From positions 992,001 to 1,056,000 of the forward strand of contig OZ252220.1 in NCBI GenBank assembly GCA_965249135.1: 64,000 nucleotides of DNA, in the 5' to 3' direction. The translations under genes were made by a program, and so were the position numbers. Shown piece by piece: positions 30,040 to 39,252 of this stretch; within the stretch, counting starts at the first letter, position 1, and the number at the start of each line of letters is the position of its first letter. The notes under the pieces were generated by a model, which did not search any database, was not told the origin of the DNA, and saw nothing but the letters and a program-made list of their open reading frames with translations. The DNA is from Alphaproteobacteria bacterium (GTDB lineage Bacteria; Pseudomonadota; Alphaproteobacteria; GCA-2746255).

Positions 30040-31337
30040 TATTTCGAATCCAATCTAAATCCACCATGCCAAATCGTTCCACCGTCCGTCGTGCTGAACA
30101 CTAGAATGTCAACACCTGAAGATGTAAGCGTTGGGGCTACACCCGCTGGCCAATCTACGCTGGCAGGCCAGTTCACCGTTTGTGATCCGCCATTTGTTAG
30201 ATAGAGTGTGAAGCTACCTGATACGCCAGAAGCCGGAGGATTTGAGAACGTGAAAGTGTTGGCCGACGTATCCACCGTCGCCGTCACGACATTTCCTAGT
30301 GTCAGATCGATGTCCTGGGTGCCACCGCCCGTCGCTCCGATCGCGTTCACCGTTTCGCCGTAATTCTCAAGCACTGGCCTGTTAAGGATTTGGTCAACCA
30401 TCGACACTTTGCCATCGAAGCGGGATTCACCGGCGCCGATCCAAAGTGCGTAGTTATTGGTGCCACCTTCCGTGGGTGCTGCTGGAATATAAAGCGTTGC
30501 TGCAGAAGTGATAGTGCCGGTTGCAGTGAAGTTTGGCTCATCCACGCGAAGACCAGCCGCAATCGCCGTCGTGCCTGCCGGAATAGTGAGCGCATTGCTT
30601 GCGGAAACCTGAAGGCGTGCGACATTCGTGTTTGCTGAAGCAGAGACCGCACGCGAATCCAGCGTGACGATGCCGGATGAATTCGTGGAATCAAGACCAA
30701 GCAAAATCTCATCCGTGCCACCAATTCGAATATCGATACGATCATCAGAATCGGCCGTAATTGACGTGTCGGCATCTGCGTCGAGAATGAGTTCGTTCCC
30801 GTTCACATCGATCTTGCCTCCGAAGAGGGAATTGCCCGCGGCGATTAAGAGCGCGTAGTTATTCGTGCCTTCCGACGGCGCCGCCTCGATGTAAAGCGCG
30901 GCTGCGTCCGTGACCGTTCCAGTGGCCGTTAGATTCGGCTCCTCGAGATAGAGAGACGCGGCCACTGCCGTCGTCCCAGCTGGCACGGTGATGGCGTTCG
31001 TATTACCGACCCGAAGACGCCCGAAGTCCGTAGAAGCCGTAACCGACTTGGCGCCAGGATCGATGTGAACGAAAGCCCCAGTGTTGCCGGAAGCGTGGCC
31101 AAAATGTATTCCGTCAGCGCCACCGATCTTAAAGTCAATACGATCGTCCGTATTGGCTGCAATGGAAGTATCCGCGTCACCGTCAAGAATCAGTTCAAAA
31201 GCGTCCATATCCTTGGCTCTGGTGGCTGGCCAGCCAATATAATCACCATTGTTCAAGATGTTGTTGAACTCGGCATTCAGATCGGAGGCGGTTAGAGCTT
31301 CGCCAGCAGACCATGTTTTGCTTCTTGAGACGGCCAT
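30039..31337 (-). CDS. Tail fibre/spike with an internal duplication
   Basis: N-terminal LTASDLNAEFNN; two ELILD.DADTSI modules; C-terminal TVNWPASVDW..G.APTL domain. Confidence 0.7.
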   Translation of the reverse strand: MAVSRSKTWSAGEALTASDLNAEFNNILNNGDYIGWPATRAKDMDAFELILDGDADTSIAANTDDRIDFKIGGADGIHFGHASGNTGAFVHIDPGAKSVTASTDFGRLRVGNTNAITVPAGTTAVAASLYLEEPNLTATGTVTDAAALYIEAAPSEGTNNYALLIAAGNSLFGGKIDVNGNELILDADADTSITADSDDRIDIRIGGTDEILLGLDSTNSSGIVTLDSRAVSASANTNVARLQVSASNALTIPAGTTAIAAGLRVDEPNFTATGTITSAATLYIPAAPTEGGTNNYALWIGAGESRFDGKVSMVDQILNRPVLENYGETVNAIGATGGGTQDIDLTLGNVVTATVDTSANTFTFSNPPASGVSGSFTLYLTNGGSQTVNWPASVDWPAGVAPTLTSSGVDILVFSTTDGGTIWHGGFRLDSK

Positions 31338-32939
31338 TTAATTCTCCCAACTCGCTGCGCCAAGTTTAACAGCGGAGATAAGACTGTGTATTTCGACATC
31401 TTCGTTTAGAACATTGTTTGCAAGCCGGTACTGGATGCTACGAAATTCACCACCGTCCGCTGGCTGGGTAAAACGATCGACGAATCTCGACCCGCCTAAT
31501 TTTGAAGTCCCTAGCGTAAATTGATTGGTCATGCTGGTACCTAGCACCGCCGTGCCGCCCTGGTTTATCGTTTGTGTCTGCTCGGTGTTATCGTCCCGAG
31601 TCCAGCCTAATGTAATGTTGCCGTTGTTTTTTGGCTCGATGCCAAGTGCAAAACCGCCAATCGTCTTCATAAAAGCAGGGTTCTGGTAAGTTAGAAATGG
31701 CATTGTAGCGGTGAATGAAATTGTCTTCGTCGTATCAATGCTTCGGTCCTTCTGATTTAACTTCCTGACGAAACCATCGTTGCCACCAGCCATGACAATA
31801 ATTCTGTCATTGCTTGATGAATCAACAACGGCGCCCAACGATACACATGTATCCGCGAAACTTGACCACTTCGACCACCGGACTGGATTGAATCGGTAGT
31901 CCATCATCAAGATGATATTTGGCTGCGATGAGGAATCAATCGGGAGGCATAACAAAACATGGCCTGCAAGCGTATTATTGGTGGCACAAGCATGCTTCAA
32001 TCTTCCGAAATTTACGTGTTCGCCGATCCACTTCGTCTGGATCGGCCTTGTTAGCGCCGTCTCATTGAAGTCACCAAACGCACTGGTCGCCTTCAGACTA
32101 TGAACGGAGCCGTCCGACCACATGAATCCTAGATCATCTATGAACCTGAATATCGTATTGTGCCCAACAGCCCCGAGCCCTTTCACGAAGGTCGTTCTTG
32201 CGAATGCGTCTGAACCTGTCGGCGCAGAACCTGTGATACGGTGAATGGATCCCTTGCGAGGACCCTTGAATACCCAAAGCTCATTTTTATGACTGGCAAG
32301 GCCAGTGATTACATCGCCGTCGCTTGGTTCAATATCGATCGAACCAGAACCTGACCCCACCCAATCCGCAGGGTCTAGAAGCGCGCAATAATAGAGCCGG
32401 GAAGGCTTAGCGGCGTTGCCTGCTGCCCACATACGGTTTTGGTGTGTTTCTACGAATGCAAAATTTGGTGGCGTACCAGCCAAATCTTGTGCTGTGCTTC
32501 CGTCCCAGCTTTTCGGAACGTCAGCTGTGGAGTTAGAAGCAATGACCAAAAGATCCTCAAGCATCGCGTAGGAAGGGACCTTATCTGCATCCAAGCCAGT
32601 GAATAGATCGGCAAAGGTGCCGTCTGCGTCGTCTTCCTTGATCTTCGTGCTGATGTGGATGACGCGATGCTGCGTCTGGCCCCCGCCAGTACCACTAAAC
32701 CAAGCATCAAACACACCCTTGATATTCGCGCCGCTCTCGAGTGCAGACGAATTCAATTTCGTAGCACCAGGGGCCTTACGTAGCCCGCCATCTAATTCGT
32801 ATACGAGGTTATCTGCCTCTACCAAGAACGGCACATTGACTTCGCCATTCTCGCCAATGGAAACATTGACGGTCGGCCCAAAATCCGTGGCCCAACCGCC
32901 AGTAAGCGAATGCCTCAAGAATGTGTCATTTGTCGTCAT
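31338..32939 (-). CDS. Tail nozzle/stabilisation protein (beta-propeller)
   Basis: 533 aa; H.NRMW, SRLYY, GD.ITGL motifs; follows the adaptor gene. Confidence 0.7.
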   Translation of the reverse strand: MTTNDTFLRHSLTGGWATDFGPTVNVSIGENGEVNVPFLVEADNLVYELDGGLRKAPGATKLNSSALESGANIKGVFDAWFSGTGGGQTQHRVIHISTKIKEDDADGTFADLFTGLDADKVPSYAMLEDLLVIASNSTADVPKSWDGSTAQDLAGTPPNFAFVETHQNRMWAAGNAAKPSRLYYCALLDPADWVGSGSGSIDIEPSDGDVITGLASHKNELWVFKGPRKGSIHRITGSAPTGSDAFARTTFVKGLGAVGHNTIFRFIDDLGFMWSDGSVHSLKATSAFGDFNETALTRPIQTKWIGEHVNFGRLKHACATNNTLAGHVLLCLPIDSSSQPNIILMMDYRFNPVRWSKWSSFADTCVSLGAVVDSSSNDRIIVMAGGNDGFVRKLNQKDRSIDTTKTISFTATMPFLTYQNPAFMKTIGGFALGIEPKNNGNITLGWTRDDNTEQTQTINQGGTAVLGTSMTNQFTLGTSKLGGSRFVDRFTQPADGGEFRSIQYRLANNVLNEDVEIHSLISAVKLGAASWEN

Positions 32940-33952
32940 TCTCTGATCTCGTCAAAGGCGGCGCCGGTTATAAAACGACGGCTCGAGGATGAATATGGGC
33001 GCTTCGCGCGCCGCGAATAGGCCACTAAGTTGGGCCGGATTTGCGGCTTCCCTGAGCCGATTTCATTATCAGAGGCGATTCGAACAACGATGTCTGTGTA
33101 TTCGGCCTTTACGTCGGCCGCGCGGGTATCGTCGTTTCGATCCCGATACCAGTTGTAAAGCGCCCATAGAACGATGGCATGGCGATAATTGAGCGGAACG
33201 ATTGGCTCGTCTGCATCTGCAGTAAGCGACGTCTGTACTGCTCCACCTGAGCTCAAGGCCAACTTATTTGTGACGAAAGCATATGGAATCAGGCTGACAT
33301 CGCTTGGCGGGCGATGGACGCGAAGCCGGCGGATAGGCGCAGTGTTGCCGCTAGGTGCACGATCAACGATCGTTCCAACCGTGATTTTCCCAGTGTTCTG
33401 ATTCCTTGGGAAACGGCGCCTGAAGTCCTTTCGGCCGATCAATGGGATTTCGCTGTTTTGATCGAAATAGGTTTGATCCAGCGGCCTCAAGAAATCTGCG
33501 TGAAGATCGAACTCGTCTTCGAAGTAAGTATAGGAAAGCCCGCTGTCGGTATCCCCTATATAGGGCTCATCAAGCGTAATTGACGTGTCGCTTCCTACCG
33601 CTGAAATCTCATATACATCCGTGCCGCCAAAGACCAGTTTCCCTATCGTTCTCGCATTCGCTTCGCCGTAAGCGTTATTCGTATTCCAAGCGGTGCTCGC
33701 TCCCGTAACCGTCGTCGATCCATTCGTGACCGTCACCGTGCCTGTCGTATAGCTCCCGTGGGTACGAAGCACGTCCTTGCGTTCTGCCCATGGGAATTGT
33801 TCGCCAAAGCCAATGTGCATGTCTTGTAGTCCGATATTGACCCAGCGCTTTGCTATATCGGACGTTGCCGTGACACTTGAATCCGCACGAACACGCTCTA
33901 AAAGATCCGTGTAAAGCTCCACGAAGGTTTTTGGCTGTGTAGATGTACTCAT
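32936..33952 (-). CDS. Head-tail adaptor
   Basis: TF.EL...L.R N-terminus; EP.VP..YRHAIV..A; inserted GTVTVTNGSTTVTG domain. Confidence 0.65.
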   Translation of the reverse strand: MSTSTQPKTFVELYTDLLERVRADSSVTATSDIAKRWVNIGLQDMHIGFGEQFPWAERKDVLRTHGSYTTGTVTVTNGSTTVTGASTAWNTNNAYGEANARTIGKLVFGGTDVYEISAVGSDTSITLDEPYIGDTDSGLSYTYFEDEFDLHADFLRPLDQTYFDQNSEIPLIGRKDFRRRFPRNQNTGKITVGTIVDRAPSGNTAPIRRLRVHRPPSDVSLIPYAFVTNKLALSSGGAVQTSLTADADEPIVPLNYRHAIVLWALYNWYRDRNDDTRAADVKAEYTDIVVRIASDNEIGSGKPQIRPNLVAYSRRAKRPYSSSSRRFITGAAFDEIRE

Positions 33953-34085
33953 TTGGACAATCCATTTCCGATTAGAAAGAATTCAACTATGTCCCCGGGT
34001 ACTTTCAGTGCCGCTTTCTCGGTTCCCGTCAGGTCTGGCTCACCATCGGCGTCGATCGCGCAGACCGCCCGCCCCGACTTACCCG

Positions 34086-34988
34086 TTAAGCCGCCGCGGC
34101 GGCCTTCCTTTCGGCGATCTCACGCTTAAGATCATCCGCCTTCTTTCCATGAATAGAAATTCCGAGACCCGTCGCTTCTGCCCGCAGGACGTCCCACGCG
34201 GACGTTTTGCGGCCTCTCTTCGCTTGGGCCTTTCTCGACGGACTTGGCGCTTGTGCAGCTGTTTCGCTCTTCTCAGCAGCTTTCTTCTTTCCAAGAACCT
34301 GCCTCAATATGGAAAGAACGCGCTCGCGCTCGTCATTATCGAGAAAACTTATCTTCGCAGCGACGTCTGGAGAAAGTTCCTGAAGAAGCACCAAGTCCTC
34401 TTCCGTGAATATAACTGTGCCCACAGCGTCTTTCGGGTCCGCTGGAAAATAGTAATTCCTGGTAGGGACAACCGCGTTATCAAGGCTGAGTTGGCGAGAA
34501 TTCATAGTATCGCCGCTCGGCCTGAACATCTCGATATTCGCGACGTCAATTGGATTCTTGACGCCTTCGATGTCGCCTCCAGCGGCACGCCGAAGCCGGA
34601 TGTTTTTCCATTCGAGGACCTTGGGTTTGTTGCGATCCTCCCATGCGCGATGCTTGTCGACGGCCCCTGGCGGGCACCGCCGCATCTCTTCCTGAGTCGG
34701 CATTCCTTGAAGCATCTCGGCTTTAAGTTGGGCCTCTCGAGCTATCGCTTTATCGATTTGATCGGGCGAATATGCCTTTGGCGCCGTTTCGAGTTGCGAG
34801 TCCAAGGCCTTTAGTTGCCGCCGCGCCTCTGCCTTATCCTGCATCTGGCTAGACGGATCACCAAGCATTCCTTGAAGTCTGTTTTTTTCGTCCGTGACAT
34901 CGGCAACCTGCCGTGGACGCATCAAATGTTCTGTGCCTTCCCTGAACTGCTCGCTTGGCGCAGTCGTCGGTGTTGATTCTGACATCAT
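34086..34988 (-). CDS. Phage hypothetical protein
   Basis: 300-aa ORF in the late operon with GGAAGG RBS. Confidence 0.65.
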   Translation of the reverse strand: MMSESTPTTAPSEQFREGTEHLMRPRQVADVTDEKNRLQGMLGDPSSQMQDKAEARRQLKALDSQLETAPKAYSPDQIDKAIAREAQLKAEMLQGMPTQEEMRRCPPGAVDKHRAWEDRNKPKVLEWKNIRLRRAAGGDIEGVKNPIDVANIEMFRPSGDTMNSRQLSLDNAVVPTRNYYFPADPKDAVGTVIFTEEDLVLLQELSPDVAAKISFLDNDERERVLSILRQVLGKKKAAEKSETAAQAPSPSRKAQAKRGRKTSAWDVLRAEATGLGISIHGKKADDLKREIAERKAAAAA

Positions 34989-35194
34989 AGACCTTCCTGT
35001 TTCGGGTGAATTTTGGCCTTCGGGAAACCGCTGGAACGATCCCTCGGCTGTGTCTTGCCTGGAACGCTGGCATTCGGGAAAGCTGGTTTCTCTTTCATCC
35101 CTGGCTTCCCCTTTGCCTTCACGCCTGTCGGAGGCGGCCTGTTCGGCGTTTCGCCTAGGCCGCGCTTGAACTCACTGAATAAAGGGTTACTCAT
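34985..35194 (-). CDS. Small basic phage protein
   Basis: Overlap-coupled to neighbours. Confidence 0.55.
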   Translation of the reverse strand: MSNPLFSEFKRGLGETPNRPPPTGVKAKGKPGMKEKPAFPNASVPGKTQPRDRSSGFPKAKIHPKQEGL

Positions 35195-35379
35195 TTCACA
35201 TGCCCCAATTGAACGCTACGCGATCGTTTTGGAAACGATTTACCAACGGCAACAGTGCCTGACTTTTTCGGCGCCGTTGATCCGACCTTCTGACCCTTGC
35301 CCTTAATGCTGGTCGTCTCATTGACGCCGACGCTGCGCGTACGCTGTTTGAACGGATCGCCGATGCCAACCTTGCTCAT
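35191..35379 (-). CDS. Small basic phage protein
   Basis: Overlap-coupled to neighbours. Confidence 0.55.
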   Translation of the reverse strand: MSKVGIGDPFKQRTRSVGVNETTSIKGKGQKVGSTAPKKSGTVAVGKSFPKRSRSVQLGHVK

Positions 35380-35696
35380 TTCTTGGCCCCCTTGGCATTC
35401 GACTTACTAGTCGAATTCTCTGTTGCCGCGCTTTCCTTGTTAGCGACTTGTTTGGCGGCCTTCGCGCCGGCCTTCGCAGCCTTCGCCGCTTCTGCTTCGG
35501 AAGCCTCCATGCACTGCCGGCGCTCTACAGATTTCAGCTTCCCGCCGACGCGCTCAACGGTGGCGCTTTCCATGGAAACGCGGGTTGGCCACAACTCGGC
35601 GTCTGCCTCAAGTTGAGCCTCAAGCCCAGAGATCAGATTTTTCGGAACACCGTTGAATGTAAACGTGTAGGAAATACTGCCGTCCTTCTTGCTCAT
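35376..35696 (-). CDS. Phage hypothetical protein
   Basis: GAGGAG RBS; follows the capsid gene. Confidence 0.6.
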   Translation of the reverse strand: MSKKDGSISYTFTFNGVPKNLISGLEAQLEADAELWPTRVSMESATVERVGGKLKSVERRQCMEASEAEAAKAAKAGAKAAKQVANKESAATENSTSKSNAKGAKK

Positions 35697-35786
35697 GGTC
35701 TTCTCCTCGTCTTGGCTGATACGCGCGGTGGTTTGCTTAATTTGCTCCCCACCGCGCTGAATATCAGCCGTGACTTTGGCTCGACA

Positions 35787-36704
35787 CTAGGAAACGTTGG
35801 CGCCCAAAATCCAGCGCCAATCGATCTTCGCATTCAGATAACGCATGTACCCGCGGAACTTTGCGATCAGCGTGTCGATGTCTTCTGCCATCGCAAATTC
35901 GATCGGTACGCGGTCAACCCAGAACGCAGACTGCTTGCGAAGAGTGCTATCCGACAGGAACCAGTTGTTCGTGTCGGTCAGATAATTCCACTCCTTCACC
36001 GTATAGGCGCCGCGATGAACGTTCGGGTTGTTATCCGCAGTGTCGACTTTTCCAAGAGCGCTTACGATTTCGAACGCCTGCTCAAACAGATCCGGTGGGA
36101 TCCAAAGCTCGTCAGGAGTGATCGAAATCCGGTTTGCACGATCGTCCCTGTAATTGACCATCTGGATACGAGCGGCTGACATCGCAGTAGCGGAAAGCGC
36201 CGCCGTCGTAAGATTGTCAAATCCTGCCGCCGTGCTGGCGCCGGAATTCGTAGTGTGGCTGTCTGAGCAAAGCGCAACGCCCTCCGAATCGACATAGAAG
36301 AACTGATCGTTCGAAAAAGCATTGTTGAGCAAACGCGCGCCATGCACTTGCCGTGTTCGCGCAGCTGCGGTAGCCAAGGCACGCGGGCGCTGCTCGATGA
36401 TGCCATATTGATCATCGTCGAACAGTTTCCTTTCGACCTGGATGCCGCTCGCAAACTCGATGTGCGTGGCGATCGTATCAAAGCCCTGGTTAAAGCTGTC
36501 GTAGTTCACGGTTCCCGTGAACTGACCAAAATTATCCAGAGCACCGACGCTTGACCAGCGCTCATCTGCGCGGCCATTGTCGCTTGGCATGGTGAACAAC
36601 TCGCTCAGCATGTCTGGAAGCTGGGCGTACTGTTCGTGTGCGATCTCCCGAAATCTCGGATCAAGAAGATCGGCGAAAGATTCAGAAACATGAGGTGCTG
36701 GCAT
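35787..36704 (-). CDS. Major capsid protein (Mu gpT-like)
   Basis: DDDQYG.I, GVALCS.SH, PDELWIPP.L, YLTDTNNWFL, DWR...G; AAGGAG RBS. Confidence 0.88.
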   Translation of the reverse strand: MPAPHVSESFADLLDPRFREIAHEQYAQLPDMLSELFTMPSDNGRADERWSSVGALDNFGQFTGTVNYDSFNQGFDTIATHIEFASGIQVERKLFDDDQYGIIEQRPRALATAAARTRQVHGARLLNNAFSNDQFFYVDSEGVALCSDSHTTNSGASTAAGFDNLTTAALSATAMSAARIQMVNYRDDRANRISITPDELWIPPDLFEQAFEIVSALGKVDTADNNPNVHRGAYTVKEWNYLTDTNNWFLSDSTLRKQSAFWVDRVPIEFAMAEDIDTLIAKFRGYMRYLNAKIDWRWILGANVS

Positions 36705-36726
36705 CTTGCTGACTCCTTAAATCCGA

Positions 36727-37449
36727 TTAAATGCTTCCGCCAGAAGCAAAGAGGTGGTCGAACGGGCTGAGCATCACCGAGCTTTTGGTATTGCCCTCTC
36801 CCGATGAATCCAGCGCACGGACCTCAAGAACCCTAAAGTTGTTGTTGTCCGCGTCGATGGTTACGGAAGCGTCGACCTGTGTGAACACGGTCGATAACTG
36901 AACGAACTGGTTTTCACCAGGCCAGAACGGCGCACGGAGGAAGTTATCTCCGACAACCGTATCTGCCGGCAGTGCAACGGTGATGGTTGCAGCCGTCGTG
37001 CTGGTGCTGGTGATTTTCCTAGCAATGCCAGGGTTCGCACCATCATAGCCCCACAACATGCCCTCATCGAACTGCGGCGTGGTCCAATCGTCGCCGGTCG
37101 TAATCGCAAGACCTGTCGTGCTCGCAGTAGTAACGTCGTATTGGGTAAGCGCTGTGTTTTCTGTCGCGCCGCCCGAAAGCAAAGCCTCGAAAACTGCGTC
37201 TGGGTTAATGATGACGGAAACCTGTCGCTCGGGATCGCTACCGTCCGTCTGCTGCGCCGTAACCAGCGTGGCCTGGGTATCCAGGGTCACACCGACCAAA
37301 TCGGAAGCCGTTGTGGTGGCCGCTAGAACTGGCCCAGCATTACCGGCACCGCCGATAACAATTGGGACGCCTGCATTCGCCATGGCCTCGCCGATCTGGA
37401 ACTTTTGCACAACAGGGAGGCCCTGCGACAACGAATACGCGAATTCCAT
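36727..37449 (-). CDS. Capsid decoration/cement protein
   Basis: Thr/Ala-rich; between scaffold and capsid genes. Confidence 0.55.
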   Translation of the reverse strand: MEFAYSLSQGLPVVQKFQIGEAMANAGVPIVIGGAGNAGPVLAATTTASDLVGVTLDTQATLVTAQQTDGSDPERQVSVIINPDAVFEALLSGGATENTALTQYDVTTASTTGLAITTGDDWTTPQFDEGMLWGYDGANPGIARKITSTSTTAATITVALPADTVVGDNFLRAPFWPGENQFVQLSTVFTQVDASVTIDADNNNFRVLEVRALDSSGEGNTKSSVMLSPFDHLFASGGSI

Positions 37450-37467
37450 TTTGGAACCCTCCTAAAG

Positions 37468-37779
37468 TCAAGATGTTGAGTGATGAAGGTAAAGGCGCGC
37501 CTTCAGGACGAAATCGTCACATCCATCACACACGCCTCTCGCGAAGGGAATGTTCCGCCTAGTTACGTATCCGTTGCTGGCACTGTCGAATTTCGGATCA
37601 CACTTTGCACAAAGCATGACGACCTTCTTCAGCGCACAAAGATCGGATATGCGGCTGCCAGCGAGACGCCCGGGCCGCTGAGAAGTGGCAAGGCTCTGCC
37701 GCGCCACTTTCAGCTTGTCTGGTGCATCCCTATGGGATCTCTCGATTAGACGTCGGATTGCTTCGTTGCTCACGCTCAC
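37468..37779 (-). CDS. Zn-finger-like protein
   Basis: CAKC...CDGC. Confidence 0.55.
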   Translation of the reverse strand: MSVSNEAIRRLIERSHRDAPDKLKVARQSLATSQRPGRLAGSRISDLCALKKVVMLCAKCDPKFDSASNGYVTRRNIPFARGVCDGCDDFVLKARLYLHHSTS

Positions 37780-38552
37780 GCCCCCTTGCTAAATCCCGGC
37801 TTGCCCCATTTATCGACCGATTCAGCATATGCGGCGAGATCCTTGAATCGCCCCATATCAACCATCTTCTGACCGTACTCGCGCTGTTTCGGCGTAAGGC
37901 TGGTGATGGCCTTGTTGTCGCCACCTCCACCACCTTCGCCGCCATCTCCACCCCCGGTCGTTTCAGGGTAGGGATCCGCTTTCACGCGGCCCTTGCCCTG
38001 AATCGCATCTGGAGGCCCAAAAGCCGCTCGATAGGCCGCAACTTCGGTCTCTGCAGCGTCGGAAGGAAGGCCTAGGTCGACAAGCGCCGCAGCCTCCCTC
38101 AGCAACGCCGTACGTTCTGGCGTCCCATCGATTTTGCTTTGCGGAATTTTGGAGTGGTAAGTGCCCAAGTCGGTCTTCAGCTTGGTAATACGCTGTTCGG
38201 TTTGAACGGCCGTAGTCGCGGCTTGCCTACCCGCTTCCGCGGCCTTTTCCTGAGTCTGCTCGATGAGATAGACGTCCGCCGCCTCTTGGCTAAGCTTTCC
38301 CTCTTCCACCATCGTGCGTATCTCAGCTGGGGAATGTTCCCTTGATTCCTCCGATTTCTTGGACTGATCCATGGTCAGCTGATCGAGTCGTCCCTCTGCT
38401 CGGGCAGCCCTCTGCTCGGCATCGTTCTTCTTCGAAATTTCCTGATTCAGTCTTTCACGGGGAATCATGTCCGGCGAAGTTGGCGACCCTTCGCCCTTTT
38501 GTCCTTCCGCCTTGTTCGCAGCTTCAGAACTGTTCGCGCCCTCATTTGGCAT
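37776..38552 (-). CDS. Scaffolding protein
   Basis: IPRERLNQEI coiled coil; C-terminal LTPKQRE...MG. Confidence 0.7.
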   Translation of the reverse strand: MPNEGANSSEAANKAEGQKGEGSPTSPDMIPRERLNQEISKKNDAEQRAARAEGRLDQLTMDQSKKSEESREHSPAEIRTMVEEGKLSQEAADVYLIEQTQEKAAEAGRQAATTAVQTEQRITKLKTDLGTYHSKIPQSKIDGTPERTALLREAAALVDLGLPSDAAETEVAAYRAAFGPPDAIQGKGRVKADPYPETTGGGDGGEGGGGGDNKAITSLTPKQREYGQKMVDMGRFKDLAAYAESVDKWGKPGFSKGA

Positions 38553-38627
38553 TTTAGACCTCCACGCACGTTTAGCCTGCGAAGCTGGCAGCGGCGACCT
38601 GCCGTTTACGCCCGATGAAGCAGATAC

Positions 38628-38664
38628 AAAAAAAGGCCCGCCGCGTTTTCACGCAGCAGGCCCG
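38628..38664 (-). terminator. Hairpin plus T-run upstream of the scaffold gene
   Basis: GGGCCTGCTGCGTGAAAACGCGGCGGGCCTTTTTTT on the minus strand. Confidence 0.7.
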
Positions 38665-38850
38665 GGTTGTCCGGTAGCCTTAAGCTACTATTGCTTCAAG
38701 GAGACAATTTCCTTGACGTGATAGCCTAGAATTTTGCCTTCCTGAATATTGATAACGATATTTCCTGTGTTCTTGTCAACCATAAACTGGACTACTGCAT
38801 CCCACAGTAGATCAGGAAGTGCCGCCTTCACTTCGTTAAGGCGAGAAATT

Positions 38851-39252
38851 TTATTCGCTGTCTGCCCCATTTCCCTTACTAAACTTTGCAAGCCATTCCT
38901 TAGCCATTTTCCCATCGTCTTTGATGCTTTGAGGTAGACCTATCACATCCTTAAGCGTGGTCGCGCGCTCACGAAGAATGGCAGAGGCGATCTTGAGCCG
39001 CATGATGTCGTTCGTGTCGACAATCGTAGGGTCGCCGATCTTTCTTTCGACCTCCCGCAGTTCTGCCTCCGTCACCTCGATGACGGATTGGAGCAGGGAG
39101 AGAAAAAAGTTCCAGTTCTCATCGTTCGTCAGATACTGGGCTTTGATGGCGGCCTGAGTTAAGCGATTGAGCATCGGCACCACAGATTCAGGCGGCGCCA
39201 CCTCTCTCTTGCGATCGAGCATGTCGTTGTAGTCTGAAAGATCGAAACTCAT
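38851..39252 (-). CDS. Phage hypothetical protein after the portal
   Basis: Helical 133 aa, coupled to the portal stop. Confidence 0.65.
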   Translation of the reverse strand: MSFDLSDYNDMLDRKREVAPPESVVPMLNRLTQAAIKAQYLTNDENWNFFLSLLQSVIEVTEAELREVERKIGDPTIVDTNDIMRLKIASAILRERATTLKDVIGLPQSIKDDGKMAKEWLAKFSKGNGADSE

